Assembly: GCF_011386835.1 (NCBI RefSeq)
Contig: NC_088795.1
Location: 144,646,001 to 144,710,000, forward strand
DNA from: Chrysemys picta bellii
Taxonomy: Eukaryota
Reading direction: 5' to 3'
Length of the DNA: 64,000 nucleotides
Part shown: positions 11,831 through 23,951 of the stretch, piece after piece
How the letters are laid out: each line of letters starts with the position of its first letter
Position numbering within the stretch: the stretch's first letter is position 1
Notes under the pieces: model-generated
Seen by the model: only the letters and a program-made list of their open reading frames with translations
Told to the model about the DNA's origin: nothing
The model's database searches: none
Position numbers and translations under genes: made by a program

Positions 11831-12650
11831 GGGCGCAGGGCAGCCCCACGGCTCGGCCCCACAGCACCCCGCGCACCCCCTCTCCGTGCCCCGCACGGCT
11901 CAACCCGCCCCGTTACCTTCGCCTCCTCCCGGCGCCGGTTCCCCGCTGCCCGCGCCCCGGCCGGGCGGCCCCTGCCCGGCTCCCTCCCGCCCCGCCCCGC
12001 CCGGCTCGGGTTACAGGGGCGGCCCCTCCACGCCGGGCCGCGGGGCCGGGCCAGACCGCGCCGGCTCCAGCCACGGGAGCTGCCCCTCACCCCGGCCTCT
12101 GGCCCGGCCCCGCTGGGCGCCCCGGGGTCCCGCGCGCAGCCCCTGCCTGGGCAGCCTGGCCCGCGGCACCCCCCAGCGGGCGGCCGGAGCCCACGGGGAC
12201 GGGCAGGGAGCGGCTGGGCGCCCGGTGCCCCTGGTTCCCGCCCGGGCCCTGCAGGGGGCTCCCGGCTCGGCCCGGCCCGGGGCTCCCCCTTCTGGTGCAG
12301 GGCGGCCAGGGCCGGCGCCACGCGGCCACTGCGTGGCAGAGCGGAGGGGAGAGCCCCGGGGACCCGGCGCCGGGCAGGGAGAGTCCCCGGCCGGGGCGGG
12401 GTCTGTGCCCATAGGGGTGCAGGGGGTGCAGCGCCCCCGGGGGCCTGGCTGCCGGCCCCGCTCCCAGGGCTTTGCGCCGGGCCTCAGCTCGGGCTTTCAG
12501 CCCCCCCGCTACAAAAGTGTCCAGGCGCCACTGGCGGTGCCCGGCCCTGGCACCCCCCTCCAGGCCCTGCCTTCGCCAGGGGGCTGCGAACCCAGCCCCG
12601 GCCCGGGCTAGCACAGAGGGGCCAGGCAGGGAGCCCATCGGCCAGGAGAC
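11830..12650 (-). promoter_or_regulatory. CpG island, probable internal RTKN promoter with a non-coding exon ending at 11917
   Basis: Very high CpG density; minus-strand donor GAAG|GTAACG at 11917/11916; about 1.2 kb upstream of the isoform-b exon. Confidence 0.55.
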
Positions 12651-12779
12651 AGGTCCCGTCCTACAACCTGCCCCCAAAGCCCAGCCCACACCCTGTCGCT
12701 TCCCCGGGCGGGACAGAGGGGAACGGCCCCCGCATCGGTGCCCAGACCCTGCCCCCCACCCCCACCGTGACAGGGTGCC

Positions 12780-13020
12780 CAGACAGCTCCAAGCTCCCCG
12801 ATAACGCTCAGGCCCCAGACAGCCCCTGAACCCCCAATAACGCTCAGGCCCCAGACAGCCACCGAACCCCCAATAACGCTCAGCTCCCCACACCCCCAAT
12901 AACCCTCATCCCCCAGACAGGCCCCCAAACCCCAAGACAATGCTTAACGCCCAGACAGCCCCCAACCCTCCCCCCCAATAATGCTCGGCCCCCTGATGGC
13001 CCCCGTGCCCCAGAAAAAGC
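12780..13020. repeat. Short degenerate tandem repeat (ATAACGCTCAGGCCCCAGACAGCC..)
   Basis: About 5 imperfect copies visible. Confidence 0.6.
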
Positions 13021-15204
13021 TCAGCGCCCAGATGCCCCCCACACCTCGAGATGACACTCTGTGCCCAGCCTGCCCTCTCTCCTCCTAAGACACGTGGTGC
13101 CCACACAAGGCACCCCCGCCCGCCCCAGGAACGTTCAGCGCTCACACGGTGCTGAGTGTTTGGCATCCAGACAGTGTCCATGTCCCCCCACCCCACCCCA
13201 CCCCACCCCCTCAGGCGCTGACAGCTCTAACCAGGCTCCAAGCGGGACAGGTCTTGTTTGACCAAAGCCCCCCCGCCAAAATTGCCCCCAGAGCCAGGGC
13301 AGTTGTCAGAGACTCCCTGCAACAGGGTCCCAGCTGCATCAGGTGCCACCCGCTGTGGGGGCTGCGGGTTCCAAGCACGCCAAGGGCACCCCGTGGCGCG
13401 ACCCAGAGCCACCAGGCAGGGGTAGGGGATGGCGCCTCCCAGGGACCAGCAGGGATATGAGAGCTCCCTACGGGCAGGAACCGTCATGCCAGGCCACTCC
13501 ACTGTGCCTGGGCTTCGTGCCTGCCCCAGGCCCTCCTCCTACCCCTCCAGTCACCAAGGAGGCAGATGCTGCCCCAGGCGGGTCCGGGAGTGAGAGCCCC
13601 ACCCAGACTCTGGAGCCAAGCACTGAGTGCCAGCCCCAGGCTCCTGGGGCCTCAGACCGAGTGCGCCCAGCCCTGGGCAGCCTGCCAGGAATCCCCATGG
13701 CCCTGAGCAGGGGGCATCAGGAATCCCCAGCCCATCGGCCCCGCACACGGCTCTGGGGCCACCACGCGGCACGCAGCCCCCCCCATGCCACTGTCAGGTT
13801 ACCTTAAAATCCACTGTGGCCAACTGCCCTCTAACCCCTCCCTTTGCAGGCCTTCTGAGTCCATGCCAGACCCACCTAGGCACAACCAGTCCCCAGACAC
13901 GCAACACGGCCCACTGGTCTCCTGGGGGGGAGGGGCATCATCTCCCCCCAGCCCTGCCCCTGGGGAGAGCAACAGGGGGTGGGGGTGATGGAGCCCTTTA
14001 AGGGGGCATCAGTCCGTGGACCTGAGCAGAGGGTTTGGATGAACAGCTGGGGAGGGAAGAACTGGCAAGAGAGAAGATGGGAGTGCTACAGAGGAAGTTT
14101 GCCGATTCCTCTCCCTGCCCCTGGCACAGGCCCTGAAGGCAGCAGAGGTGAAGCAGGCCGAACACTTCCCCTCCTCCCCCACCCCAATGGCCTGGACAGT
14201 AAACCAGGGATAAGGACCAGCCTGGAGAGAACCAGATTAAGGACTCCAGGGAAGATGCCCTGAGGGTCTGCGGCCTGGCAGGAACGGGGACTCCGGGGAG
14301 AGAGCCCTGCAGAGCCTGGGACGGGGCTCAGGGGGTTAGGGCCTGAGCCCAGGGAGGTGAAGAGTTTCCAGTCCTCAGCCTTGAGCCTGGAGGTTGGGTA
14401 GCCTGGAGGGGTGAGAGCCCCCAGCCCCCATGGCACTCTCAAGGCAAACTGGCTGCCATGCTGGGTGTTGCCACGAGGGGCGCTCTGAGGTGGTAAGGCT
14501 GTCACGGGCATGACCCCCAAACCTGTCCCATCCCGCAGCTCCTGGGGTGGCCATAAGAGCTCTCACCTGCACTGATGCTGATCTGCACACCAGGGGGTGC
14601 TCAAACCCACCCTCCCCTCTACAAGGTGGAGCCAGGGAGACACCTGGGCAGGTGCCTGGGGATGGGATGGGTGGGACTAGCAGGCGTGTCCCAGCGCCCC
14701 ATGGGGATTCGATCCTGGAGCCCCTGCACAGAGCTGGCAACTAAGGCAGGGAGGGAAGCCACAGCACGTCCTGGCTCTGCGCGAGTCAGCCTGGGGACAG
14801 GCAGCCTCGAGGTAGGATGTGCTGTGTAGTGTGTGTGCCCTGCCATGCACACACACTACAGCTGGCCGGGAACCCATTCTCCAGTGAGAAATTTCAACCA
14901 ACAAACATTTCTTTTAGTGGGGGGGGGAAATGAATGCGTGAGCAGCTGCAGGTGGATGAATGTCTGCACATGGGCATGGGGGTGGGATTGGTCAGTTGAT
15001 TTTGGGGAAAAGCTATCGCTGTGGGGAAACATTTGGAAGGACCATTTTCTACCAGCTGTAACTCCAACAGCCTGGAGCCAGGGCTGGGCTAGCAGGGGGC
15101 TGCGGGTCGGGATTGGGGGCACCGGCAGAACATGGAGGGAAGGTTGCACAGCCCTTTTGATTTTGTCCGACTGACCCTCTCCCCTGGGGTTTTCCCTGAT
15201 TAGG

Positions 15205-15892
15205 AGTATGGTGGAATATTGTGTCCAGTTCTGGGTACCACATTTCAGGAAAGATGTGGACAAATTGGAGTCCAGAGAAGAGCGAGAAAAATGATGAAAG
15301 GTCTAGAGAACATGACCAAGGAGGGAAGATTGAAAACACTGGGTTTGTTCAGTCTGGAGAAGAGAAGACTGAGAAGGGACATAACAGTTTTCAAGTACAT
15401 AAAAAATTGTTCCAATTAGCCTCTGAGGATAGGACAAGAAGCAATGGGCTTAAATTGCAGCAAGGGAGGTTTAGGTTGGACATTAGGAAAAAGTTCCTAA
15501 CTCTCAGGGTGGTTAAACACTGGAATAAATTGCCTAGGGAGGTTGTGGAATCTCCATCATTGGGGATTTTTAAGAGATGGTTGGACAAACACCTCTCAGG
15601 AATAATAATAATAATAATTTGAGATATCCTATCTCCTAGAACCAGAAGGGACCTTGAAAGTTCACTGAGTCCAGCCCCCTGCCTTCACTAGCAGAACCAA
15701 GTACTGATTTTTGCCCCAGATCCCCCAGTGGCCCCCCCAAGGATTGAGCTCACAACCCTGGGTTTAGCAGGCCAATGCTCAAACCACTGAGCTATCCCTC
15801 CCCCATGGGCTAGCTAATTAGTTCTGCCGTAAGGGCAGGGGACTGGACTAGGTGACCTCTCGAGGTCCCTGCCAGTCCTACGATTCTATGAA
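15205..15892 (+). mobile_element. 5'-truncated CR1 LINE 3' end, interrupted by a SINE
   Basis: CR1 ORF2 C-terminus (..[41 protein letters not shown]..) and terminal GGTCCCTGCCAGTCCTACGATTCTATG. Confidence 0.85.
15600..15804 (-). mobile_element. Cry-type SINE (variant tail with (ATT)n end)
   Basis: Reverse complement of the GGGAGGGATAGCTCAGTGGTTTGAGCATTGGCCTGCTAAACCCAGG head, with an (AAT)n tail. Confidence 0.85.
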
Positions 15893-16994
15893 CACACACA
15901 GCCAATGGGGCGGGGCGGGGCTGGGCTGGGCCTGGGCCGAGCCGACGGGCAGTGGTGGCACTAGGCGTAAGCACACTAAGCAATTGCTTAGGGCCCCGAG
16001 CCGCTCGCAGGCTAGCGAACAGGAGCAGCTAACGGGGAGTTTTGCAAAGAAGTTAAGAGGAGCAGCGTGGCGGGGGGGGGTGGGGGCTAGGTGCAACTTA
16101 CCATTCTTTAAACTTAAAAGCCAAAAACACCCCGCTACAAACAAAACAAAGGAACAAGGTGCAGGAGTGAAAAGAGAATGCAGGCAGAAGTCCAGCAACA
16201 CAATGGGGGCTACCCAGTTTATTGCACCCAATGCAGCATGTCAGTTTATCTGCCCTATGGGCGGGTGGCGTATGTGTGCGTGCGGTGCAAGGAGCTCCTG
16301 GCCCTCAGAGACCATGTACAAGCTTTGGAGACCAGAGTGGCTAAACTGGAAGCTAAGGGAGACCGAGAGATACATAGATTAGACTTTCTGGGACACCGTA
16401 GAATGGTCCCACCCCTGGTCTGACAGCCTCTGTGCTGTTGAGGAGGATGAAAGTCTCAGGGAAGGAGAACATCCAACAAGAGCAGAGGGAAACGATCGAG
16501 GTACATGTAGGTACCAATGACATAGGGAAGGATAGGAGAGAGGTCCTAGAGGCCAATTTTAGGCTGCTAGGTAAGAGATTGATGTCCAGGACCTCCATGG
16601 TAGCATTCTCTTAAATGCTTCTAGTTCCACAGGCAGAACTGCAGGGTCTCAATGCGTGGATGAGATGATGGTGTAGGGAGGAGGGGTTTAGATTTATTAG
16701 GAACTGGGGAAACTTTGGGGAAAGGAGGAGCCTATACAGGAAGGATGGGCTCCACCTAAACCAAAATGGAACCAGATTGCAGGCACTTAGTTTAAAAACT
16801 GCTCTACGGTCTTTTTAACGTTAAGGGCTGGGGGGAAAGCTGACAGGTGCAGAGGAGCACGTGGTTCAGACAGAGACATCCCTTAGGGGAGGATCTATTA
16901 ATGGAGATTCTCTATGTCCTAGTAAGGAGGAGAGGAGGGAAGATGATAAAATACAGGTAGAATCTGATGAGAAACAGTCAAATGACAGTATCAG

Positions 16995-17118
16995 AGGGGG
17001 AGCCGCATTAGTCTGGGTCTGTAAAAAGCAACAGAGGGTCCTGTGGCACCTTTAAGACTCACAGATGTATTGGCGCATAAGCTTTCGTGGGTGAATGCCC
17101 ACTTCGTCGGATGCATGA
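16995..17118 (-). mobile_element. Penelope-like element terminal fragment with hammerhead motif, nested in CR1
   Basis: Resembles the ubiquitous turtle repeat ..TGTGGCACCTT..AGACT..GCATAAGCTTTCGTGG..CCCACTTC..CGGATGCAT; hammerhead core on the minus strand at 17075-17116. Confidence 0.7.
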
Positions 17119-17807
17119 AAAATGAAAGAAAGTCCCGTTCAATTACATCATGTCATGGCAGACAGCTACAAAGTGACAAGTTTTTAAAGTGCTTATATAC
17201 CAATGCTAGGAGTCTAAATAATAAGAGGGGTGAACTAGAGAGTGCCTCATATTAAGTGAGGATATTGATATAACGGGCATCACAGCAACTTGGTGGAATG
17301 AGGATAATCAATGGACACAGTAATACCAGGGGACAAAATATATCGAAAAGGACAGAACAGGTCGTGCTGGCGGCGGCGGGCGGGGGGGGGGGGGGGGGGG
17401 GGGGAAACGGGACTATACCTGAAAGAAAGCATAGAATCAAATGAAGTAAAAACCTTAAATGAACCAAACTGTACCACAGAATCTCTATGGATAGTAATTC
17501 CATGCTCGAATAATAAGAATATAGCAGTAGGGATATATACCACCCAACCAGGATGGTGATAGTGACTGTCAATAGTCTCTCTAAGCTCTCTGAGCATTTA
17601 AAATAAAAAAACTCAATAATACTGGGGGATTTCAACTATCCCATATTGACTGGGTACATGTCACCTCAGGACAGGATGCAGAGATAAAGTTTCTTGACAC
17701 CTTAAATGACTCCTTCTTGGAGCAGCCAGTCCTGGAACCCACAAGAGGACAGATAATTCTTGATTTAGTCCTAAGTGGAGCACAGGATCTGGTCCAAGAG
17801 ATGAATA

Positions 17808-18013
17808 TAATAATAATAATTTAACATATGGAGATATACCTATCTCCTAGAACTGGAAGGGACTAAAGGTCATTGAGTCCAGCCCCCTACCTTCACTAGC
17901 AAGACCAAGTACTGATTCTACCCCAGATCCCTAAGTGGCCCCCTCAAGGATTGAACTCACAACCTTGGGTTTAGCAGGCCAATGCTCAAACCACTGAGCC
18001 GTCCCTCCCCCCC
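17808..18013 (-). mobile_element. Cry-type SINE inserted in CR1 ORF2
   Basis: Same head and tail as 15600-15804; ATATA flanks both sides. Confidence 0.85.
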
Positions 18014-20629
18014 ATATAGCAAGACCACTTGGTAATAGTGACCATAATATTCTTAAATTTAACATCCTTGTGGCAGGAAAGCCACCACAGCGGCCCAACA
18101 TGGTAGCTTTTAATTTCAGAAAGGGGAACTACACAAAAATGAGGAAGTTAGTTAAACAGAAATGAAAAGGTCCAGCGCCAAAAGTGAAATCCCTGCAAGC
18201 TGCATGGACACTTTTTAAAGACACCATAATAGAGGCTTAACATAAATGTATCCCCCAAATAAAAAAAAAAACACAGAGAGCGCCAAAAGAGCCACTGTGG
18301 CTAAACAACAAAGTAGAAGAAGCAGTGAGAGGCAAGAAGGCATCCTTTAAAAAGTGGAAGTTAAATCCTAGTGAGGAAAATAGAAAGGAGCAAAAACTCT
18401 GGCAAATGATGTGTAAAAATACAATTAGGAAGCCAAAAAAGAATTTGAAGAGCAGCTAGTCAAAGACTCCAAAAGTAATAGCAACATTTTTTTTAAAGTA
18501 CATCAGAAGCAGGAAGCCTGTTAAACAATCAGTGGGGCCACTGGACGATTGAGGTGCTAAAGGAGCACTCAAGGACGACAAGGCCATTGCGGAGAAACTA
18601 AATGAATTCTTTGCATCGGTGTTCATGGCTGAGGATGTGAGGAAGATTCCCAAACCTGAGCCATTCTTTTTAGATGGCAAATCTGAGGAATTGTCCCAGA
18701 TTGAGGTGTCATTGGAGGAGGTTCTGGAACAAATTGATAAACTAAACAGTAATAAGTCATCAGGACCAGATGGTATCACCCAAGAGTTCTGAAGAAACTC
18801 AAATGTGAAATTGCAGAACTACTAACTGTCATCTGTAACTTATCATTTAAATCAGCTTCTGTACCAAGTGACTGGATAGCTAATATGACACCAATTTTTA
18901 AAAGGGCTCCAGAGGTGATCCCAGCAATTACAGGCCAGTAAACCTGACTTCAGTACCCGGCAAACTGGTTGAAACTATAGTAAAGAACAAAATTGTCAGA
19001 CACATAGATGAATGTAATTTGTTGGGGAAGAATCAACATGGTTTTTGTAAAGGGAAATCATGCCTCACCAATCTACTAGAATTCTTTGAGGGGGTCAACA
19101 AGCATGTGGACCAAGGGGGATCCAGTGAATATAGTGTATTTAGATTTTCAGAAAGACAAGGTCCCCCACCAAAGGCTCTTATGCAAATAAACTGCCACGG
19201 GATAAGAGGGAAGGTGCTCTCCTGGATTGGTAACTGGATAAAAGATAGGAAACAAAGGGTAGGAATAAATGGTCAGTTTTCAGAATGGAGATAGGTAAAT
19301 AGTGGTGTTCTCCAGCGGTCTGTACTGGGACCAGTCCTATGCAACATATTCATAAATGATCTGGAAAAGGGGTAAACAGTGAGGTGGCAAAATTTGCAGT
19401 TGATACAAAATTACTCAAGATAGTTAAGACCCAGGCAGACTGTGAAGAGCTACAAAAGGATCTCTCCAAACTGGGTGACTGGGCAATGAAATGGCAGATG
19501 AAATTCAATGTTGATAAATGCAAAGTAATGCACATTGGAAAGCATAATCCCAACTAGACATATAAAATTATGGGGTCTAAATTAGCTGTTACCACCCAAG
19601 AAAGAAATCTTAGAGCCATTGTGGATAATTCTCTGAAAACATCCACTCCATAAACAGTGGCAGTCAAAAAAGCGAACAGAATGTTGGGAATAATTAAGAA
19701 AGGGATCGATAATAAGACAGAAAATATCATATTGCCTCTATATAAAGCCATGGTACGCCTGCAGATCTGGTCACCCCATCTCAAAAAAAGATATATTGGA
19801 ATTGGAAAAGGTTCAAAAAAGGGCAACAAAAATGATTAAGGGTATGGAACGATTAGAGGAGAGATTAATAAGACTTGGATTTTCAGCTTGGAAAAGAGAT
19901 GGCTATGGGGGGGGAATATGATAGAGGTCTATAAAATCATGATTGGTGTGGAGAAAGTAAATAAGGAAGTGTTATTTACTCCTTGTCAGAACACAAGAAC
20001 TAGGGGTCACCAAATGAAATTAATAGGCAGCAGGTTTAAAACAAACAAAAGGAAGTATTTCTTCACATAACACACAGTCAACCTGTGGAACTCCTTGCCA
20101 GAGGATGTTGCGAAGGCCAAGACTATAACAGGGTTCAAAAAAGAACTAGATAAGTTCATGGAGGATAGGTCCATCAATGGCTACTAGCCAGGATGGGCAG
20201 GGATTGTGTCCCAAGCCTCTGTTTGCCAGAAGCTGGGAATGGGCGACAGGGGATGGATCACTTGAGGATTCCCTGTTCTGCTCATTCCCTCTGGGGCACC
20301 GGCCACTGTCGGTAGACAGGATACTGGGCTAGATTGACCATTGGTCTGATCCAGCATAGCCATTCGTATGAGGGGGGCCTGATTTAGTGTTACCCCCAAA
20401 ATACAGTTTGTCTGATCTCTCAATGGGGTGGGCTGAGCGGGAGTGTTGGGCTGGGCTGTTTTCTGGTTTGTGGAAATACTACAAATGTTTTAGGGGGTGG
20501 GTGCAGGGTCAAGGTGGGCTCCTGGTACTGGGGGCAGGCCAGGGTTGGCTGGCAGGGAACAAGGCAAGGGTAGTGACATCAGCAGGGGACTGCTGGGGTC
20601 AGGTGAGAGCAAGGCTGCAGCTGGGGGGG

Positions 20630-20930
20630 TAGGATGACCAGACAGCAAATGTGAAAAATGGGGATGGGGGGGTAATAGGAGCCTATATAAGAAAAAGACC
20701 CAAAAATCAGAACTGTCCCTATAAGGGGGAGGGATAGCTCAATGGTTTGAGCATTAGCCTGCTAAACCCAGGGTTGCGAGTTCAATCCTTGTGGGGGCCA
20801 TTTAGGAATCTGGGGCAAAAAATCTGTCTGGGGATTGGTCCTGCTTTGAGCAGGGGGGTTGGACTAGATACCGCCCGAGGTCGCTTCCAATCCTGATAGT
20901 CTATGAAAATCAGGACATTTAGTCACACGG
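20630..20930. mobile_element. Degenerate hAT-type MITE (same family as 61055-61193) split by a SINE
   Basis: Shares GACCAGACAGCAA.TGTGAAAAAT..GTAATAG..CCTATATAAGAAAAAGACCCAAAAA..CTGTCCCTATA|AAATC.GGACAT with the intact copy. Confidence 0.75.
20725..20905 (+). mobile_element. Tortoise Pol III / Cry-type SINE
   Basis: Close match to the SINE at 2314-2494. Confidence 0.9.
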
Positions 20931-21204
20931 GGGCTGGGGGGGGCGTGCATTAGCCGTCAGAAGTGCCAGTCCCAGCTTTGCCCTAGGCAGCAGAGCGGGA
21001 ATTCCCAGCTCCAGGAGAGAATCGGGCCTTTGTTCCACCTGCTGCCAGGTACAGCTCCCCTGGAGGAGGATCTTGAGTTAACCCTTTCCATGCACAGGGC
21101 TGGGCATGTGCTAGACTGTCTGGGGACCCAGCACCATGGCCCAGGGGATGCAGCAAGTCCCTAGTCTCTCTCCTGGAAGGGGAGCAGGGGGTGGGCAGGT
21201 GACT

Positions 21205-21400
21205 CAGTGCCTAGTCTACAATAAGAAATTAGGTCGGTTTAACTCCATCACTGAGGGGTGGGGAAATCCCCAAGCAGTGTAATTCGGCCAGCCTGAGTCT
21301 CCTGGGTGGATGGAAGAACTTGGCCAGTGGTGGATTAACTGCGCCCACAGGAGAGCCCCTCCTTCCCCACAGCACAGGCAGCGCCGCGCCGCAGCATCTT
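21205..21400. mobile_element. Probable PIF/Harbinger-type MITE remnant
   Basis: GTCTACA..AGAAATTAGGTCGGTTTAACT..CTGAGGGGTG resembles common turtle Harbinger non-autonomous elements as I recall them. Confidence 0.45.
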
Positions 21401-23059
21401 AAGGGTGGACCAGGCCTCGCTGCCCGTGCTGGCAGACGGCTGCTCCCATCCCCGAGCACCGACGGGGGCTGGGCGACGAGTGGGCCCTGTAAGCAGCCCC
21501 TGCTGCCGTGCACAGAGCCTGGCCACCCCGGACCCTCCTCAAGGAGAGGCAGGCAGTGCCCTGGCGTGCGGAGAGCAGACAGACGCTCGGTGCCCACGGC
21601 CCAGCTGGGAGCTAGAGGAGCCGGTGGGGGCCCCACAGGCGCTTCCTGGGGCACATACTTTCCCTAAGAGGGATGGGAAGGAGGAGGGCAGAGGACTCCC
21701 CCCAGCTGTAACGCTTCTGCCGATGACCCTGCACCCCACAGGGCCGGCCGACCCTCAGAGGGAACGAGGACGCGCTGCAGCCAGGCACAGGGTGGGCACA
21801 ACTTCTCATCTGCGGGCCCACCAGCGGCGCTGGAGAGACGATGCAGGGCAGGAACCCGGGCTAGGGGCATTGCCAGAGTCTCCCTGCGGGACCAGAGCCT
21901 GCCACGTGGGGGTGGATTTCTCAGCATGACTCGCAGGCAGGACTCAGCTCTGAGCCAGCCACGGCCCCCAGCCACAACCAGTCCAGGCCTGGCTTCCCCA
22001 AGAGCTGTGCTGGGTGGGGCAGGCGAGCCCCATGCCCCAGGGGGCAGTGCCCTGTGCTGCCATGGAGGGAGCTGGGGCCCAGGTTTCAGTCCTAGATCTC
22101 GCCCCCGGTGCTGGGCACGCTGAGTGCCCCGTGTAACACCGACAGGCCGGGAACCCCACCAGCCAGAGGCCACCCCCAGCTGCCCCCAAGGACCCTGGCC
22201 CCCCACCCCAGAGTCACTGACCAGGCCCGGCAGGGAGGAGGCGGGTTTGAAATCCCACAAGTCCCAGGGAGAGATGGGAGGCCTGGCCTGGCTCCAGCAG
22301 AGAGAAGGGGCTCGCCCAGGGTCACACAGCCAGGAGGAAAACCCAGGAGTCCTGACTCCCAGTCCCACCCTCTCCCTCCTAGCACCCCTCAAACAGCCGC
22401 TCAGCTTCACCCCTCACTGTCTGAGAAGGGGCAATGGCAGCACCCTGCCCTACAGGCGGCAGAGCACCGTGCCTGGGGGGCAGGCGGGCAGTCACCTCCT
22501 TCCACTCCCCCCGGCTGCGGACAGGGGGCACTGCCACCACAGCAGCCCCCCAGCGGGGACCCCAGGCCAGTGACACCCCTCGCCGGGGGGCAGTCCTCTG
22601 CCAATCCCCTGCTGGCTTGTTGCCCAGTTAGAACAAGTTAAATGGCCTTGAAGTCAGCGAGAAACCCAGTTTTCCAGTCCCGTGGCCGGCAGCCGCCTGA
22701 ACATGATCTCAGCAGGGTCTGGCTTGGCCATCGGGCGGGTGGAAGGCCTGGAAGTCCCCGGGTGCTGCAGGGTGGGGGCTCCAGAGGGGGCGCTCTGCTC
22801 TCCCCTCAGTGCTGACCCCAATGCTCCAGCAAGGCGCTGAGGGATGGGGGGCCAGCAGGGGGGCCATCTCACAGTCTCTCCACACGCTGTGACCCCAGGC
22901 TACTCGCTCAGCCCTGGAGAGGGTGGGCTAGGGGCTCCTGGGCCAGGGCTGCCTCGGATGGAAAGAGGAGGGTCAGGTGGGGGGATTCGGTCCCTCCACT
23001 TTAAGCGGTGCTCTACAGACCTGGCTGACCCCTGCAACCCAGCACAGGGAAGGACTGTG

Positions 23060-23560
23060 CTGCAAGGATGGGGAGCTCCATAGGGGGGCACTCTCCCCTG
23101 ACAGTGCTGACCCCAATGCTCCCCTTAGGGAGCTGTGGGGCAGGGGGCTCCATAGGGGGGCACTCTCCCCTGACAGTGCTGACCCCAATGCTCCCCTTAG
23201 GGAGCTGTGGGGCAGGAGGCTCCATAGGGGGCACTCTCCCCTGACAGTGCTGACCCCAATGCTCCCGTTAGGGAGCTGTGGGGCAGGGGGCCCCATAGGG
23301 GGCACTCTCCCCTGACAGTGCTGACCCCAATGCTCCCATTAGGGAGCTGTGGGGCAGGGGGCTCCATAGGGGGCACTCTCCCCTGACAGTGCTGACCCCA
23401 ATGCTCCCATTAGGGAGCTGTGGGGCAGGGGGCTCCATAGGGGGCACTCTCCCCTGGCAGTACTGACCCCAATGCTCCCATTAGGGGGCTGTGGGCTCCA
23501 TAGGGAGCACTCTCCCCTGGCAGTACTGACCCCAATGCTCCCCTTAGGGGGCTGTGGGGC
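23060..23560. repeat. Minisatellite, ~71-bp unit, ~7 copies (AmnSINE1-like unit)
   Basis: Repeated CCATAGGGGGCACTCTCCCCTGACAGTGCTGACCCCAATGCTCCCCTTAGGGAGCTGTGGGGCAGGGGCT; a degenerate monomer lies at about 22780-22850. Confidence 0.9.
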
Positions 23561-23840
23561 CGTAACAACGTCTGTTCGGGGAGCCCCAAAAGCCCACAGA
23601 GGGTCACTCAAAGTTCCCGGGCCCAACACTGCCCAGCCCAGGGAGCCGCCCAGGCCGGGGCAGCACCTGGGGCAGGGGGCGGGCCCCGGACGCAGGTGAG
23701 AGCGGAGACCCGGAGGAGGAGGAGCCGGAGACAGGCGAGGCGCAGGGGGAAGCGGGGGGCCCCGGCCGCCGCGGAGTGTTGGCGGCAGCGGGGGTTCGGG
23801 GCTGGCCGGGGGCGGGGGCGCTGCAGGGGAGGGGTCCTAC

Positions 23841-23951
23841 CTGGGGGGTGTCCCCGAGGAGGCTGAGTCTGAAGTGGCCCCTCCGGATCTCCATCTCCAG
23901 GGCTGAGCCCCGCGCCACCGTCACTCGGCTCCGGTGGTTCCGGCAGAACAT
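23841..23951 (-). CDS. RTKN: Rhotekin first coding exon (isoform-a type, MFCRNHRSRVTVARGSALEMEIRRGHFRLSLLGDTPQ)
   Basis: Close to human RTKN MFSRNHRSRVTVARGSALEMEFKRGRFRLSLFSD; 111 nt; phase-0 donor CAG|GTAGGA; inside a CpG island. Confidence 0.93.

Larger units (their letters stand above)
15893..20370 (+). mobile_element. Near full-length degraded CR1 LINE (5'UTR, ORF1 zinc finger + SGNH esterase, ORF2 APE + RT, long 3'UTR)
   Basis: ORF1: YCTQCSM..YVCVRCKELLAL (16178) and VHVGTNDIGK (about 16500). ORF2 start KFLKCLYTNARSLNNK (about 17180). RT segment QHGFCKGKSCLTNLLEFFE (19019). Many stops and frameshifts. 3' tail to about 20370. Confidence 0.9.

Noticed and set aside
14821-14862. 14-bp perfect hairpin TGTAGTGTGTGTGC / GCACACACACTACA
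   Set aside because: Built from GT/CA microsatellite sequence and too short for a pre-miRNA.
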